DNA of 64,000 nt, taken from NCBI RefSeq assembly GCF_056712565.1, contig NZ_CM160072.1; one strand, written 5' to 3'. Both the position numbers and the translations under genes were made by a program. Position 1 is the first letter of the stretch; the number at the start of each line of letters is the position of its first letter. The notes beneath the pieces are model-generated. The model saw nothing but the letters and a program-made list of their open reading frames with translations. It did no database searches and was not told where the DNA came from. Below, in pieces: positions 44,338 through 53,540 of this stretch.

Positions 44338-44897
44338 GCGTTAGTTTCTCCACAGTCACGACACGCCACGGCGCCCGGAGCTGCACACTCGCGGGCGTCA
44401 CTACTTTCTGAAACGCAAAAGATTTTGTAGACCAGTGCTGCATGCTCCTGCAGCTTCGAAATTGAGAGGTACAGCTCATCGTTAATTGCTGTCTTCTCAT
44501 GCGGTTCCACTACACCGTCTTCAATTGCTGAACGAATCTGTTTTGAATAACTGCCGATCTGTTCAATGACCTCCAGCAGGCGTTGGTTGATATCGGCGTT
44601 GTCCACATCCTCGACGTCAGGAAGAGACACAAAGACGCCATTTGCAGACTGCGCCACAGCATCAGCAATGAAGTGAGTGCCACCAGCACGCTGTAAAACC
44701 ATTGCCCATCCCAGCGGGAAAATCTGATCGCCATCTGCACGAAGGCGGTTGAATAAAGCGTTTTCTGTTACATCGAGCCAGTCAGCCGCTTCAGCGTAAC
44801 CACCCGGCAACGCCGCGATCGTTTTTCTGGCAGCTTTCACGTACCACTCAGGCTGTTTTTCTATTTTCCAGTGATGCTTACCCACGATTAGCCTCAT
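44334..44897 (-). CDS. Early regulatory protein (CII-like, tentative)
   Basis: 187 aa immediately downstream of cro; family assignment from position and weak recollection only. Confidence 0.4.
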   Translation of the reverse strand: MRLIVGKHHWKIEKQPEWYVKAARKTIAALPGGYAEAADWLDVTENALFNRLRADGDQIFPLGWAMVLQRAGGTHFIADAVAQSANGVFVSLPDVEDVDNADINQRLLEVIEQIGSYSKQIRSAIEDGVVEPHEKTAINDELYLSISKLQEHAALVYKIFCVSESSDARECAAPGAVACRDCGETNA

Positions 44898-44928
44898 CGT
44901 TCTGTGGTTAAAAATTGAAAGTGTTCTG

Positions 44929-45129
44929 CTAATCTTTCGGATAGATATCCGGTCTTAAGTCAGATTTCGTAATTGCACCTGACGTGCATTGCTCAAGTTT
45001 TTTAGCCAGCACAAAACTGGCTTTTTTATAGCCATTGAAAACCAGCCGTAAGTAGCCAGGTGTTGAGCCAACTTTTCCGGCCAACTCGCCCTGCTGTTCT
45101 TTGGTTAAAGAGTCCCAATACGCTTTCAT
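44929..45129 (-). CDS. Cro-like HTH repressor
   Basis: 66 aa, divergent from the CI gene across an operator-containing 90-bp region. Confidence 0.6.
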   Translation of the reverse strand: MKAYWDSLTKEQQGELAGKVGSTPGYLRLVFNGYKKASFVLAKKLEQCTSGAITKSDLRPDIYPKD

Positions 45130-45135
45130 ACAATG

Positions 45136-45202
45136 TGTACCTCAGGTGTACATATTACATGATTGAAATGAACCTTCAAGATACTTGTACCTTAACGGTA
45201 CA
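45136..45202. promoter_or_regulatory. OR-like operator region: two copies of TGTACC-N5-(G/T)GTACA between cro and cI
   Basis: tgtacctcaggtgtaca (45136-45152) and tgtaccttaacggtaca (45186-45202). Confidence 0.5.
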
Positions 45203-45219
45203 AGGGTTTTAATTTCGTT

Positions 45220-45894
45220 ATGAAAACAATCCATGACATCCGGCGGTCTAACGCCAGAAAACTGAGAGATGGTGTTGGCGGGAATTCTTCCTTTGCCACT
45301 ATGATTGATCGCGAGCCAACCCAGACCAGCAGGTTTATGGGAGATGGTGCTACTAAAAATATCGGTGACAGCATGGCACGACACATCGAAAAATGTTTCG
45401 ACCTGCCTGTCGGATGGCTCGATCAAGAACACCAGACAACGAACATCACAAAAAAACCTGATGTTTCAATCACTAATAAACAAATCACATTAGTCCCTGT
45501 CATATCATGGGTACAGGCCGGAGCATGGAAAGAAGTTGGATATTCTGAGGTTGATTTGAGCACAGCAGAAACGTATCCCTGCCCTGTACCCTGTGGGGAA
45601 ATGACTTATATCTTGCGGGTGATAGGTGATTCAATGATTGATGAGTACCGCCCGGGAGACATGATTTTTGTCGATCCTGAAGTACCTGCCTGCCACGGTG
45701 ACGACGTTATTGCATTGATGCACGATACAGGTGAAACCACCTTCAAAAGGTTGATAGAAGATGGGACACAGCGTTATCTCAAAGCGTTAAACCCAAACTG
45801 GCCTGAGCCTTACATTAAGATCAACGGTAATTGCTCTATAATTGGTACTGTGATTTTCTCAGGAAAACCAAGAAGATACAAAATCAAAGCCTAA
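45220..45894 (+). CDS. CI-like repressor (HTH + S24 LexA-like autopeptidase domain)
   Basis: 224 aa; C-terminal RVIGDSMIDEYRPGDMIFVDPE ... TFKRL gives Ser/Lys dyad. Confidence 0.8.
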   Translation: MKTIHDIRRSNARKLRDGVGGNSSFATMIDREPTQTSRFMGDGATKNIGDSMARHIEKCFDLPVGWLDQEHQTTNITKKPDVSITNKQITLVPVISWVQAGAWKEVGYSEVDLSTAETYPCPVPCGEMTYILRVIGDSMIDEYRPGDMIFVDPEVPACHGDDVIALMHDTGETTFKRLIEDGTQRYLKALNPNWPEPYIKINGNCSIIGTVIFSGKPRRYKIKA

Positions 45895-45905
45895 TCAATG
45901 TTTAT

Positions 45906-45930
45906 GAACCTGCTTCGGCAGGTTTTTTTA
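45906..45930 (+). terminator. Rho-independent terminator after cI
   Basis: aacctgcttcggcaggtt hairpin followed by TTTTTTT. Confidence 0.6.
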
Positions 45931-45933
45931 TAC

Positions 45934-45966
45934 TTGACAATGTACCTTTGGGATACATAATGTACC
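45934..45966 (+). promoter_or_regulatory. pL/OL-like promoter with overlapping operator
   Basis: TTGACA-N16-CATAAT overlapping tgtacctttgggataca (same consensus as OR sites) plus an extra tgtacc half-site. Confidence 0.4.
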
Positions 45967-46096
45967 CAAGAGAAACAACAAACAGGCAGGACGCCCACGA
46001 AGTAGCCGCCTGGGGCATATGAAGTCCAGGATGATTCGTTAGCAACAAAAAAGCGCCCTATAGGACGCTTCGCTCTTTAACAATCTGGATGACTTA

Positions 46097-46609
46097 TTAC
46101 TCAGATTTGAACTTTGGTTCTGGCAAAAGAGGAGGAGTTGAGTCCTCGAATCGTAGCCAGTGCTCCCAGATATCGTGGGATTGTAATTCCAGAAGACCAA
46201 TTTGACGTGATGCAACTGCAGTGCCAGCTATAGTTCCTCCTGCATAATCAACCTGGACGGACTTTGACGCTTTCTCAATTAATTCTGTCCAAGCTTCACT
46301 TTCCGCGTTAAAAGAAGCAGTTAATTCCTGCAGACGCTGTGGATCATCCTTGTTGTCTTGTTTCAAACGATTCAGGGCGGCCACCGAATACTTATTCTTA
46401 ACCCAACTAACCTGAGCTAACTGAACTCTCTGACAAGCGTCCATATCAGTAGTTGTTTCCTGAGGCATATCAAAGCAGGAAATAAAAAAAGTCTCAACAC
46501 CATCATTTAGACTACTGCTCGGCTGGTTCAAAGCATCAGAAGCATTGGATGCTATCGGTATTATCAGTGCTACCGACAGAATCAAACGTTTAACATAAAT
46601 CGCTCCCAT
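46097..46609 (-). CDS. Secreted hypothetical protein (signal peptide), moron
   Basis: 170 aa; N-terminal KRLILSVALIIPIASNA signal peptide; opposite strand to flanking early genes. Confidence 0.5.
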   Translation of the reverse strand: MGAIYVKRLILSVALIIPIASNASDALNQPSSSLNDGVETFFISCFDMPQETTTDMDACQRVQLAQVSWVKNKYSVAALNRLKQDNKDDPQRLQELTASFNAESEAWTELIEKASKSVQVDYAGGTIAGTAVASRQIGLLELQSHDIWEHWLRFEDSTPPLLPEPKFKSE

Positions 46610-46895
46610 TTAATTATCCCCTCTAAGAACAGAGTCATCCAGATTAGCCGAATCCTTGTTGTTGGGGAATAACCAGGCCCACCTCGCCTGATGTGGCTAA
46701 AAGCAGGCACATAACAGCTAAGTATTTTCAACCAGAGAGAATCCTTAGCGTTGTGGTGAATGCGGCTCAGCGCACGCGGGTTAAGGTTGAGGCTGACAGT
46801 CGACCTTCTGTGGATACCCACCCGCCTGGTGTGCAACCTTCGCCAGGCACCGGGAGGCACCCGGCACCACAACTTTATGCTGTGTGTAGTCCTGG

Positions 46896-47029
46896 CGGTA
46901 CCAGCTTGTACCCTTGCTTCCGGCTGGTACCGCTCTTTTTACAAAACAGAGAAGAGCATCACCGGACGACGGGCTCATAACCCAATCCACCCGGGCGGCT
47001 GCCACCGCAGGTGTTCTTCTCTGTTTTGT
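46896..47029 (+). promoter_or_regulatory. GC-rich structured leader with two long perfect inverted repeats upstream of the yfdP-like gene
   Basis: cggtaccagc(46896-46905)/gctggtaccg(46923-46932) and acaaaacagagaaga(46941-46955)/tcttctctgttttgt(47015-47029). Confidence 0.45.
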
Positions 47030-47077
47030 GGAGAAACCAACCGACCTTGCAGGGTCGATATGATGAGGAGCAGCAAA

Positions 47078-47440
47078 ATGGCTAGCGAACGCAGTACCAA
47101 CGTGCAGGAATTTATCGGGGAGCTGGACGGCGGCGTATTTGAAACCAAAATCGGCGCAGTTCTCAGTGAAGTCGCTTCCGGTGTGATGAACACGAAAACC
47201 AAAGGTAAGGTCTCGCTCAACCTGGAAATCGAACCGTTTGATGAGAACCGTGTGAAAATAAAACACAAACTCTCATATGTTCGTCCGACTAACCGCGGGA
47301 AAATTTCCGAAGAAGACACCACCGAAACGCCGATGTATGTCAATCGCGGTGGTCGCCTGACTATTCTGCAGGAAGACCAGGGACAATTACTGACTCTTGC
47401 CGGTGAACCTGACGGAAAACTCCGCGCAGCAGGTCATTAA
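47078..47440 (+). CDS. YfdP-like prophage protein
   Basis: 120 aa from MASERSTNVQEF with GAGGAG RBS 8 nt upstream; followed by YfdQ/YfdR-like genes as in CPS-53. Confidence 0.5.
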   Translation: MASERSTNVQEFIGELDGGVFETKIGAVLSEVASGVMNTKTKGKVSLNLEIEPFDENRVKIKHKLSYVRPTNRGKISEEDTTETPMYVNRGGRLTILQEDQGQLLTLAGEPDGKLRAAGH

Positions 47441-47505
47441 TATCGTTCTTAATTAACTGATTATTTATCTCATCACTGAATATCTTTATATAGTGAGGAC
47501 TTATT

Positions 47506-48330
47506 ATGTCTCAGAACTTAGACGCAACCGCAATTAATCAAATCCATGCCCTTATTTCTGCTCAGGGTGTTAATGAAATTATCAGTAAGATTGGTGCCGA
47601 CGCAGTGGCATTACCTGAAAATTTCCGCATTCATGATCTGGAAAAATTTAATTTAAATCGCTTCCGTTTCCGTGGTGCGCTTTCCACTGCCAGCATCGAT
47701 GACTTTACCCGTTATTCTAAAGATCTTGCGGATGAAGGCACCCGCTGCTTTATCGATGCCGATAATATGCGTGCCGTCAGTGTGCTTAACCTGGGTACTA
47801 TTGATGAGCCTGGTCACGCAGATAACACCGCCACTCTCAAACTGAAAAAGACAGCACCGTTCTCTGCTCTGTTGTCTGTTAACGGCGAGCGTAACTCCCA
47901 GAAGTCACTGGCAGAATGGATTGAAGACTGGGCCGACTACCTTGTGGGCTTTGATGCTAATGGTGATGCCATTCAGGCAACAAAAGCGGCTGCGGCAGTC
48001 CGTAAAATCACGATTGAAGCAAACCAGACCGCTGATTTTGAAGACAATGACTTCAGCGGCAAACGCTCCCTGATGGAGTCTGTCGAAGCGAAGACCAAAG
48101 ATATTATGCCAGTGGCATTTGAATTTAAATGCGTTCCGTTTGAAGGCCTGAAAGAACGTCCGTTTAAATTACGCCTCAGCATTATCACTGGCGATCGTCC
48201 TGTACTGGTTCTGCGCATTATTCAGCTGGAAGCAGTGCAGGAAGAAATGGCTAACGAATTTCGTGATCTGCTTGTTGAGAAATTCAAGGACAGCAAAGTA
48301 GAAACCTTTATTGGTACTTTTACCGCCTGA
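47506..48330 (+). CDS. YfdQ-like protein (DUF2303)
   Basis: 274 aa; size and synteny match K-12 CPS-53 yfdQ as recalled. Confidence 0.6.
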   Translation: MSQNLDATAINQIHALISAQGVNEIISKIGADAVALPENFRIHDLEKFNLNRFRFRGALSTASIDDFTRYSKDLADEGTRCFIDADNMRAVSVLNLGTIDEPGHADNTATLKLKKTAPFSALLSVNGERNSQKSLAEWIEDWADYLVGFDANGDAIQATKAAAAVRKITIEANQTADFEDNDFSGKRSLMESVEAKTKDIMPVAFEFKCVPFEGLKERPFKLRLSIITGDRPVLVLRIIQLEAVQEEMANEFRDLLVEKFKDSKVETFIGTFTA

Positions 48331-48457
48331 TTTCATTACTGCAAATGCCCCTGCGGGGGCATTTATGGAAACGTAATTGACTCAATAATCGCCGGATGGT
48401 GAGGGCTTTCTTTTACCAGAATTCAGCGCGGTGCAGCGCATATACGTGGAGAACAAA

Positions 48458-48982
48458 ATGTCATTTATTAAAACTTTTTCCGGGAAGCATTTTTATTATG
48501 ACAGGATAAATAAAGACGACATCGTTATTAACGATATCGCGGTTTCTCTTTCAAATATCTGTCGCTTTGCAGGACATCTTTCACATTTCTACAGCGTCGC
48601 CCAACATGCGGTGCTTTGCAGCCAACTGGTACCGCAGGAATTTGCTTTTGAAGCGTTAATGCATGATGCAACAGAAGCGTATTGCCAGGACATCCCGGCG
48701 CCACTGAAACGCCTTCTTCCTGACTATAAACGGATGGAAGAAAAAATAGACGCCGTAATCCGTGAGAAATACGGGTTACCCCCGGTTATGAGTACGCCCG
48801 TGAAATATGCCGATCTCATCATGCTGGCAACCGAACGCCGCGATCTCGGGCTTGATGATGGCTCTTTCTGGCCCGTACTGGAAGGTATCCCGGCAACAGA
48901 GATGTTCAAAGTTATTCCACTGTCGCCAGGCCATACCTATGGGATGTTTATGGAACGCTTTAAAGAGTTAACTGAGTCGTAA
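48458..48982 (+). CDS. YfdR-like HD-domain phosphohydrolase (5'-deoxynucleotidase-like)
   Basis: HxxxxxxH...HD-like motifs (FAGHLSHFYSVAQHAV ... MHDATEAY). Confidence 0.6.
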   Translation: MSFIKTFSGKHFYYDRINKDDIVINDIAVSLSNICRFAGHLSHFYSVAQHAVLCSQLVPQEFAFEALMHDATEAYCQDIPAPLKRLLPDYKRMEEKIDAVIREKYGLPPVMSTPVKYADLIMLATERRDLGLDDGSFWPVLEGIPATEMFKVIPLSPGHTYGMFMERFKELTES

Positions 48983-49090
48983 AAATCAGCACGTACGAAT
49001 TCAAACTCTGCCATAAAAGAACATATAAGTAATTTATTAACATATAGATATAGGTTATATTACAAATTGAAAAATTATTGGAGAGCAACA

Positions 49091-49957
49091 ATGAATCAAA
49101 ATCCATTCTCATTCTATGACTTTCTTGGATATTTAATACCAGGTGGTTTTTTTATCCTATTAATGTATTTCTGTGGTTTGACATTCGATCTAGATATTGT
49201 TATTGACTTAAGTGAATTGCTCAGAGGTCAAAGTCAAATCTTTGGCATTTTGAACTACGCTTCAATAGTTATTATATCTTATATAGCTGGACATTTTATT
49301 TCTATCACGTCAGCATTTTTTATCGAAAAATACATGAATAAAGAATTAGGATATCCTTCCAAATATCTATTTAAAAAATTGATAGATACCTCAGAAAGCA
49401 TTTGTAGCCCATCATGCGATGAGAGAAGCGCTGATAAAAAAACAAAAATAAAGAATCGCATAATCAAATGCGTATTATGTCCAATAATACTATGGGATTT
49501 TATAACACAAAAACTATGTTATTCTCAATCTCTACCATTTCATTTAGCTAATACAACATGGTTAATGATCAAAGAAGGTTATGAGAAAAAGTTCATAACA
49601 AATCGCCAATTATTACAAGATAAAAACGGACTTGATGATGATCTCTTCAGATTGGCATATCATTATGTTTATGAGTTTTCAAAACAACATCAAACAAAAA
49701 TTCAAAACTATGTTGCATTATATGGTTTTTGCAGAAACATATGTTTAATCTTTATAATTTCATTTTGGGTATCAGTTCCAACCTTTATTTATCGATTATG
49801 TACTCATAGTGATTATCTTTATAGTTTACTTTCAATAATGCTTAGCTTTTTCTTCGTCTATGTTTTCTATGTTGGTTTTGTTAAATTTTATAGAAGATAT
49901 ACTTTAGAAGTATTAATGGCATTTGCTGTACTTCAAAGTAACGACACTATTCGTTAA
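49091..49957 (+). CDS. AT-rich multi-TM membrane protein of unknown function, next to xis; candidate exclusion/abortive-infection gene
   Basis: 288 aa from MNQNPFSFYD with GGAGAG RBS; hydrophobic helices at both ends; markedly AT-rich versus flanks. Confidence 0.5.
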   Translation: MNQNPFSFYDFLGYLIPGGFFILLMYFCGLTFDLDIVIDLSELLRGQSQIFGILNYASIVIISYIAGHFISITSAFFIEKYMNKELGYPSKYLFKKLIDTSESICSPSCDERSADKKTKIKNRIIKCVLCPIILWDFITQKLCYSQSLPFHLANTTWLMIKEGYEKKFITNRQLLQDKNGLDDDLFRLAYHYVYEFSKQHQTKIQNYVALYGFCRNICLIFIISFWVSVPTFIYRLCTHSDYLYSLLSIMLSFFFVYVFYVGFVKFYRRYTLEVLMAFAVLQSNDTIR

Positions 49958-49998
49958 TAATGTTGCTCCCGTGTGCAGACGGGATAATGGAGAAACGT

Positions 49999-50205
49999 AT
50001 GCTGAACCTCGATTGTGTTCCTATCTCAACTTATTGCAAAGAAACTGGCGAAACTCCTGAAGCAATAAACAAACGTGTACAGCGCGGTGTTTGGCGTGAA
50101 GGTGTTCAGGTTTTAAAGGTTGAAGGCGTTAAGGAGAGGTGGATTGATCTTAGTGAGGTTGCAAAATGGGCCAGACAAAACTGCTCAAACTACCGCGCGG
50201 CGTAA
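49999..50205 (+). CDS. Excisionase (Xis-like DNA-binding protein)
   Basis: Small basic protein immediately upstream of and overlapping the integrase; start at MLNLDC with GGAG RBS. Confidence 0.5.
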   Translation: MLNLDCVPISTYCKETGETPEAINKRVQRGVWREGVQVLKVEGVKERWIDLSEVAKWARQNCSNYRAA

Positions 50206-51338
50206 CAATCAGGAAACACCACCAGGGAGAAACGATCAATATAACTTTCACCTACAAAGGAGTTAGATGTCGTGAGCCGCTTTCCAATCTGGAAGTAACA
50301 CCAAAGAACATTAAATACGCCGAGCGTACACTCGGCGAAATCCATAATAAGATCGAAAGGGGAACATTCATTTATGCAGAATATTTTCCCCGTTCTGCTC
50401 GTTTGAAAATTTTTGGTAATGCTGCTGCAAGCAAAACGGTAAAGATGTACCTGGACGAATATCTTGAAATCTGCGAAACAAGAAAACTTTCACCCTCTAC
50501 GATTGGTGGCTATAAAAAATGCCGTAGTGCGTTAGCCTCACTTCACATTTGCCCTGCAAGTGAATTAACACCAGCAACCCTGAAAGCGTGGATTCAAAGC
50601 CAGAAAACAACCTTAAAAACCATTCGCAACCAGTTATCTTTCCTACGGTCAGCACTTGATGAAGCCGTGACCGATGGGGTACTTCAAATTAACCCCGTAT
50701 CGTTAGTAACAGCTTCGCGCTACCAAAGTGATAAGTCAGAAGCAGAAAGCAGCTATGTGGTTGATCCGCTATCACCAGCAGAAGTTGATGCATTACTAGC
50801 AGCAGCCGGAAACAAACAATGGGAAAATCTGTTCCGGTTCGCCATACATACAGGCCTGCGTAGTTCTGAATTATGTGCCCTACGATGGCATGATATCGAC
50901 TTTGTTGGAAAAACAGCCCATGTTCAGAGCGCAAGTGTTGTCGGAGTTATCAAAGGAACAAAGACAAAAGCCGGTACCCGTAAAGTTGAACTGACTGAAG
51001 AAGCAATGTTGGCGTTGATAAACCAGAAGCCATTTACATTCATGAAGGATGCTACTGTCTTTGAAGATCCAAAGACCAATAAACCCTGGGCAAGTGCTGA
51101 TGCAATTAGGAAAAAAGCATGGGTGCCAACATTGCGAAAAGCAGGTATTCGTTACAGAAACCCATATCAAACCAGGCATACATTCGCCACCAGCCATATC
51201 AGCCGGGGAGCAAACCTGTTTTGGCTTGCGGCTCAAATGGGCCATAAAGGGCCTGAAATGTTATTCAGGCACTATGGACAATACTTGAAAGAGTATGATG
51301 GGAGGGCAAGTATCAAGGATAAAAAGGCTTTATTTTAA
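50166..51338 (+). CDS. Tyrosine-type phage integrase
   Basis: 390 aa; C-terminal R...HTFATSH...GHKGPEMLFRHYGQY gives the R-H-R-Y catalytic signature. Confidence 0.85.
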   Translation: MGQTKLLKLPRGVTIRKHHQGETINITFTYKGVRCREPLSNLEVTPKNIKYAERTLGEIHNKIERGTFIYAEYFPRSARLKIFGNAAASKTVKMYLDEYLEICETRKLSPSTIGGYKKCRSALASLHICPASELTPATLKAWIQSQKTTLKTIRNQLSFLRSALDEAVTDGVLQINPVSLVTASRYQSDKSEAESSYVVDPLSPAEVDALLAAAGNKQWENLFRFAIHTGLRSSELCALRWHDIDFVGKTAHVQSASVVGVIKGTKTKAGTRKVELTEEAMLALINQKPFTFMKDATVFEDPKTNKPWASADAIRKKAWVPTLRKAGIRYRNPYQTRHTFATSHISRGANLFWLAAQMGHKGPEMLFRHYGQYLKEYDGRASIKDKKALF

Positions 51339-51947
51339 GTCATTATGCCAATCGTCTACTGTTTGAAACCAAATTTTTAACCTTTGCATAAAGGTACGAT
51401 CCTTTTTGGGAGGGTGGTACCTTTGAAAAGAAGTATGTAACGCTTCGATAACTCCCATACAAGCATCAATTACTTCTTGTGCTTTAACCGGGCGATCGGC
51501 ATCTGAAAGCTTGTGAGCGACCTCACAATCCAGAGTTGCTTTCTCTAGTACAGATGAGAACACCTCGTCAGGTATATACAGTCCTCTGCTTTCCAAAATG
51601 CAAATCAGTTTGGAAACTTGTTGAGCTTTAGCCAAGATAGTTAACAAGTATGAAACAGAAGCCTTTGTTCTATCCTTTTGCAACCTTAACAATCGATGCT
51701 TTGATGCTCTAATTTTAGGTTGAGTTGTCTGACTGAGCCAATAGTTAGAAGAAATATCAGAAATTTCAATAACTAACTTTGAAATAGCATCAATAATTGA
51801 TTTCGATTCAGAACGTGTCGCCAGTTTTACAGAATTATTGTACGCAACTCGCCATCCAATGAAAACTAAGCAGACGCTAACTACTGTGATACACCACGAA
51901 TACTGTCCTATTTGTGCTACTAATGACATTGGTTCCGTACTGATCAA
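51330..51947 (-). CDS. Single-TM hypothetical protein; third gene of candidate defence operon
   Basis: 205 aa with N-terminal TM helix (YSWCITVVSVCLVFIGW); 10 bp downstream of the STAS-like gene. Confidence 0.5.
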   Translation of the reverse strand: MISTEPMSLVAQIGQYSWCITVVSVCLVFIGWRVAYNNSVKLATRSESKSIIDAISKLVIEISDISSNYWLSQTTQPKIRASKHRLLRLQKDRTKASVSYLLTILAKAQQVSKLICILESRGLYIPDEVFSSVLEKATLDCEVAHKLSDADRPVKAQEVIDACMGVIEALHTSFQRYHPPKKDRTFMQRLKIWFQTVDDWHNDLK

Positions 51948-51957
51948 CTATCGCCTC

Positions 51958-52284
51958 TTATACTCTTTCTGGTTGTGCTAAATCAATAAATTTATCAATC
52001 TGTTCTTTGTAGAACGGAACATCACTTTTTATAATCAAACGTGCTTTAACGTTGGCTTTAGGTATCCCTTCCTTACGGATGAGACCTCCAAACGCCTCTT
52101 CTAAGAAAGAGGAACCAACACCCAGTGCTATACCGCGAAAATCAACCACAATCTCCTGTTCAGTACCCTTCAGCGCAGGCACCAAAAACTCTCTACGAAA
52201 TCTTTCCGCACTGTGTGGGCTATCCGTTGTGTAACGTCCGAAAGGTGTTCTGGAGAACTCCTTCGCTATGACGATATTTCTCAT
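51958..52284 (-). CDS. STAS-like (DUF4325-like) protein; second gene of candidate defence operon
   Basis: 108 aa with VVDFRGIALGVGSSFLEEAFGGL, matching the DUF4325 core motif as I recall it. Confidence 0.5.
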   Translation of the reverse strand: MRNIVIAKEFSRTPFGRYTTDSPHSAERFRREFLVPALKGTEQEIVVDFRGIALGVGSSFLEEAFGGLIRKEGIPKANVKARLIIKSDVPFYKEQIDKFIDLAQPERV

Positions 52285-52288
52285 AAAA

Positions 52289-53200
52289 TCATCTCCTGGG
52301 AACCAGCGACCATTGTAGTAAAGTACCCGGTATGTACTCAGCTAGCTTCTCACATCGAGGACTACTGTCATTAGAATTATAGCTATAACGAGCCCTTCCT
52401 ATTAGTATCAGAAGTGTCTCATTATCCTCACAACCTGCCCCAATAGGTCTCTTGATATCTTCAGAGCCATTTCCCCGTCCGGAACCAACAAAGCGGGATT
52501 CCCCTACTAACATAGCTCTTTCCACAGAAGATACTTCGTTTTGAATGCTATGACCATCACCATTAGGCACGAAACTTCTATAAATCCCCAATCCAAGGTC
52601 ACAAACGATAAAAACGACTTTATTTTCATCACGATTGAACCAAGCGCACTGCCACCATCGTTTACCTTTGAGAAGCTGAATATCTGACTCGAACCCCTCA
52701 TCTTCATACGCATGATGAGAAACATTGAGCAAAGCTTCACTAATCGCTGTCAGCAGTAAGCCTAACTGTTCATTATTAAGCAGAGCACTTTTCTGCAGCA
52801 TGAGTACTGTTTCAACAATATGCTCGTAAGGTTCGACAGCTGACTGAAAGTATCGTTCCTCCCTCGTAAGTGCATTCAGTTTCTCTTCTGTGCCAGCAAG
52901 CAAAGCACGAGCAAGTCCAGTACCAACGATCCATCTATGCCCAGATGGGTTATCATCCTTTTTAGGCCATTTAAAACGTATAAAATTAGGGTCCCGGGTT
53001 AAAAATTGAGCTCTATTTACTATGGCAAAGAACAGTACCGATGCCGCAGCTGAGGCAAATTTTACCTTGGACAAATCAACTATAACTCGACCTTTATTTT
53101 TTACTCCAATCGATTCAATCGAGTTGATGAAGTTCAATGTCCCAGCCCTAGAATCATCTGAGTAAATGCAAAATTTGCTTGGGGGTACCAGTATGGTCAT
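52289..53200 (-). CDS. GHKL-type ATPase (histidine kinase/anti-sigma kinase-like fold); first gene of candidate defence operon
   Basis: N-box EALLNVSHHAY, G1 box CDLGLG, G2-like GSGRGNG; 303 aa; AT-rich. Confidence 0.6.
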   Translation of the reverse strand: MTILVPPSKFCIYSDDSRAGTLNFINSIESIGVKNKGRVIVDLSKVKFASAAASVLFFAIVNRAQFLTRDPNFIRFKWPKKDDNPSGHRWIVGTGLARALLAGTEEKLNALTREERYFQSAVEPYEHIVETVLMLQKSALLNNEQLGLLLTAISEALLNVSHHAYEDEGFESDIQLLKGKRWWQCAWFNRDENKVVFIVCDLGLGIYRSFVPNGDGHSIQNEVSSVERAMLVGESRFVGSGRGNGSEDIKRPIGAGCEDNETLLILIGRARYSYNSNDSSPRCEKLAEYIPGTLLQWSLVPRR

Positions 53201-53356
53201 AGCGATGTCATTCTTATACGATGGATTTATAGATTATCTACTATTCATAGTTGGTTATGAAGACTGGGATATAACAGTAAAAGATACGTGTAAGATCCGC
53301 AAGATAGTTAATGTCGAAAAAATCATTAATTACATCAAGTTAGTGATATTTGGACT

Positions 53357-53540
53357 CGGGTTCAACTCCCGCCAGCCAATCATGATTGGACGGTGTAAGG
53401 ACTACACCAACAAAAACAGGAAGTTATAAGTCTCAGCAGGACACCGACCAGACGGTGAGGAGACAAAAAAGGATACGCAACGGAGTCGCGACTCCCTATG
53501 ACATTAAAGCCCGCTGATGCGGGCTTTTTTATTGGTCCTG
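53357..53540 (+). repeat. attR: second copy of the ssrA 3' core plus ~170 bp flanking sequence, with terminator
   Basis: cgggttcaactcccgccagc followed by sequence ~90% identical to 8918-9085 (5-bp tccac indel) and hairpin aaagcccgctgatgcgggctttttt. Confidence 0.7.

Noticed and set aside
46760-47077. N-terminal two-thirds of the 226-aa ORF 46760..47440
   Set aside because: Arg/Cys/Gly-rich translation of a GC-rich palindromic region; the real gene starts at 47078 with a strong RBS and matches a YfdP-like size.
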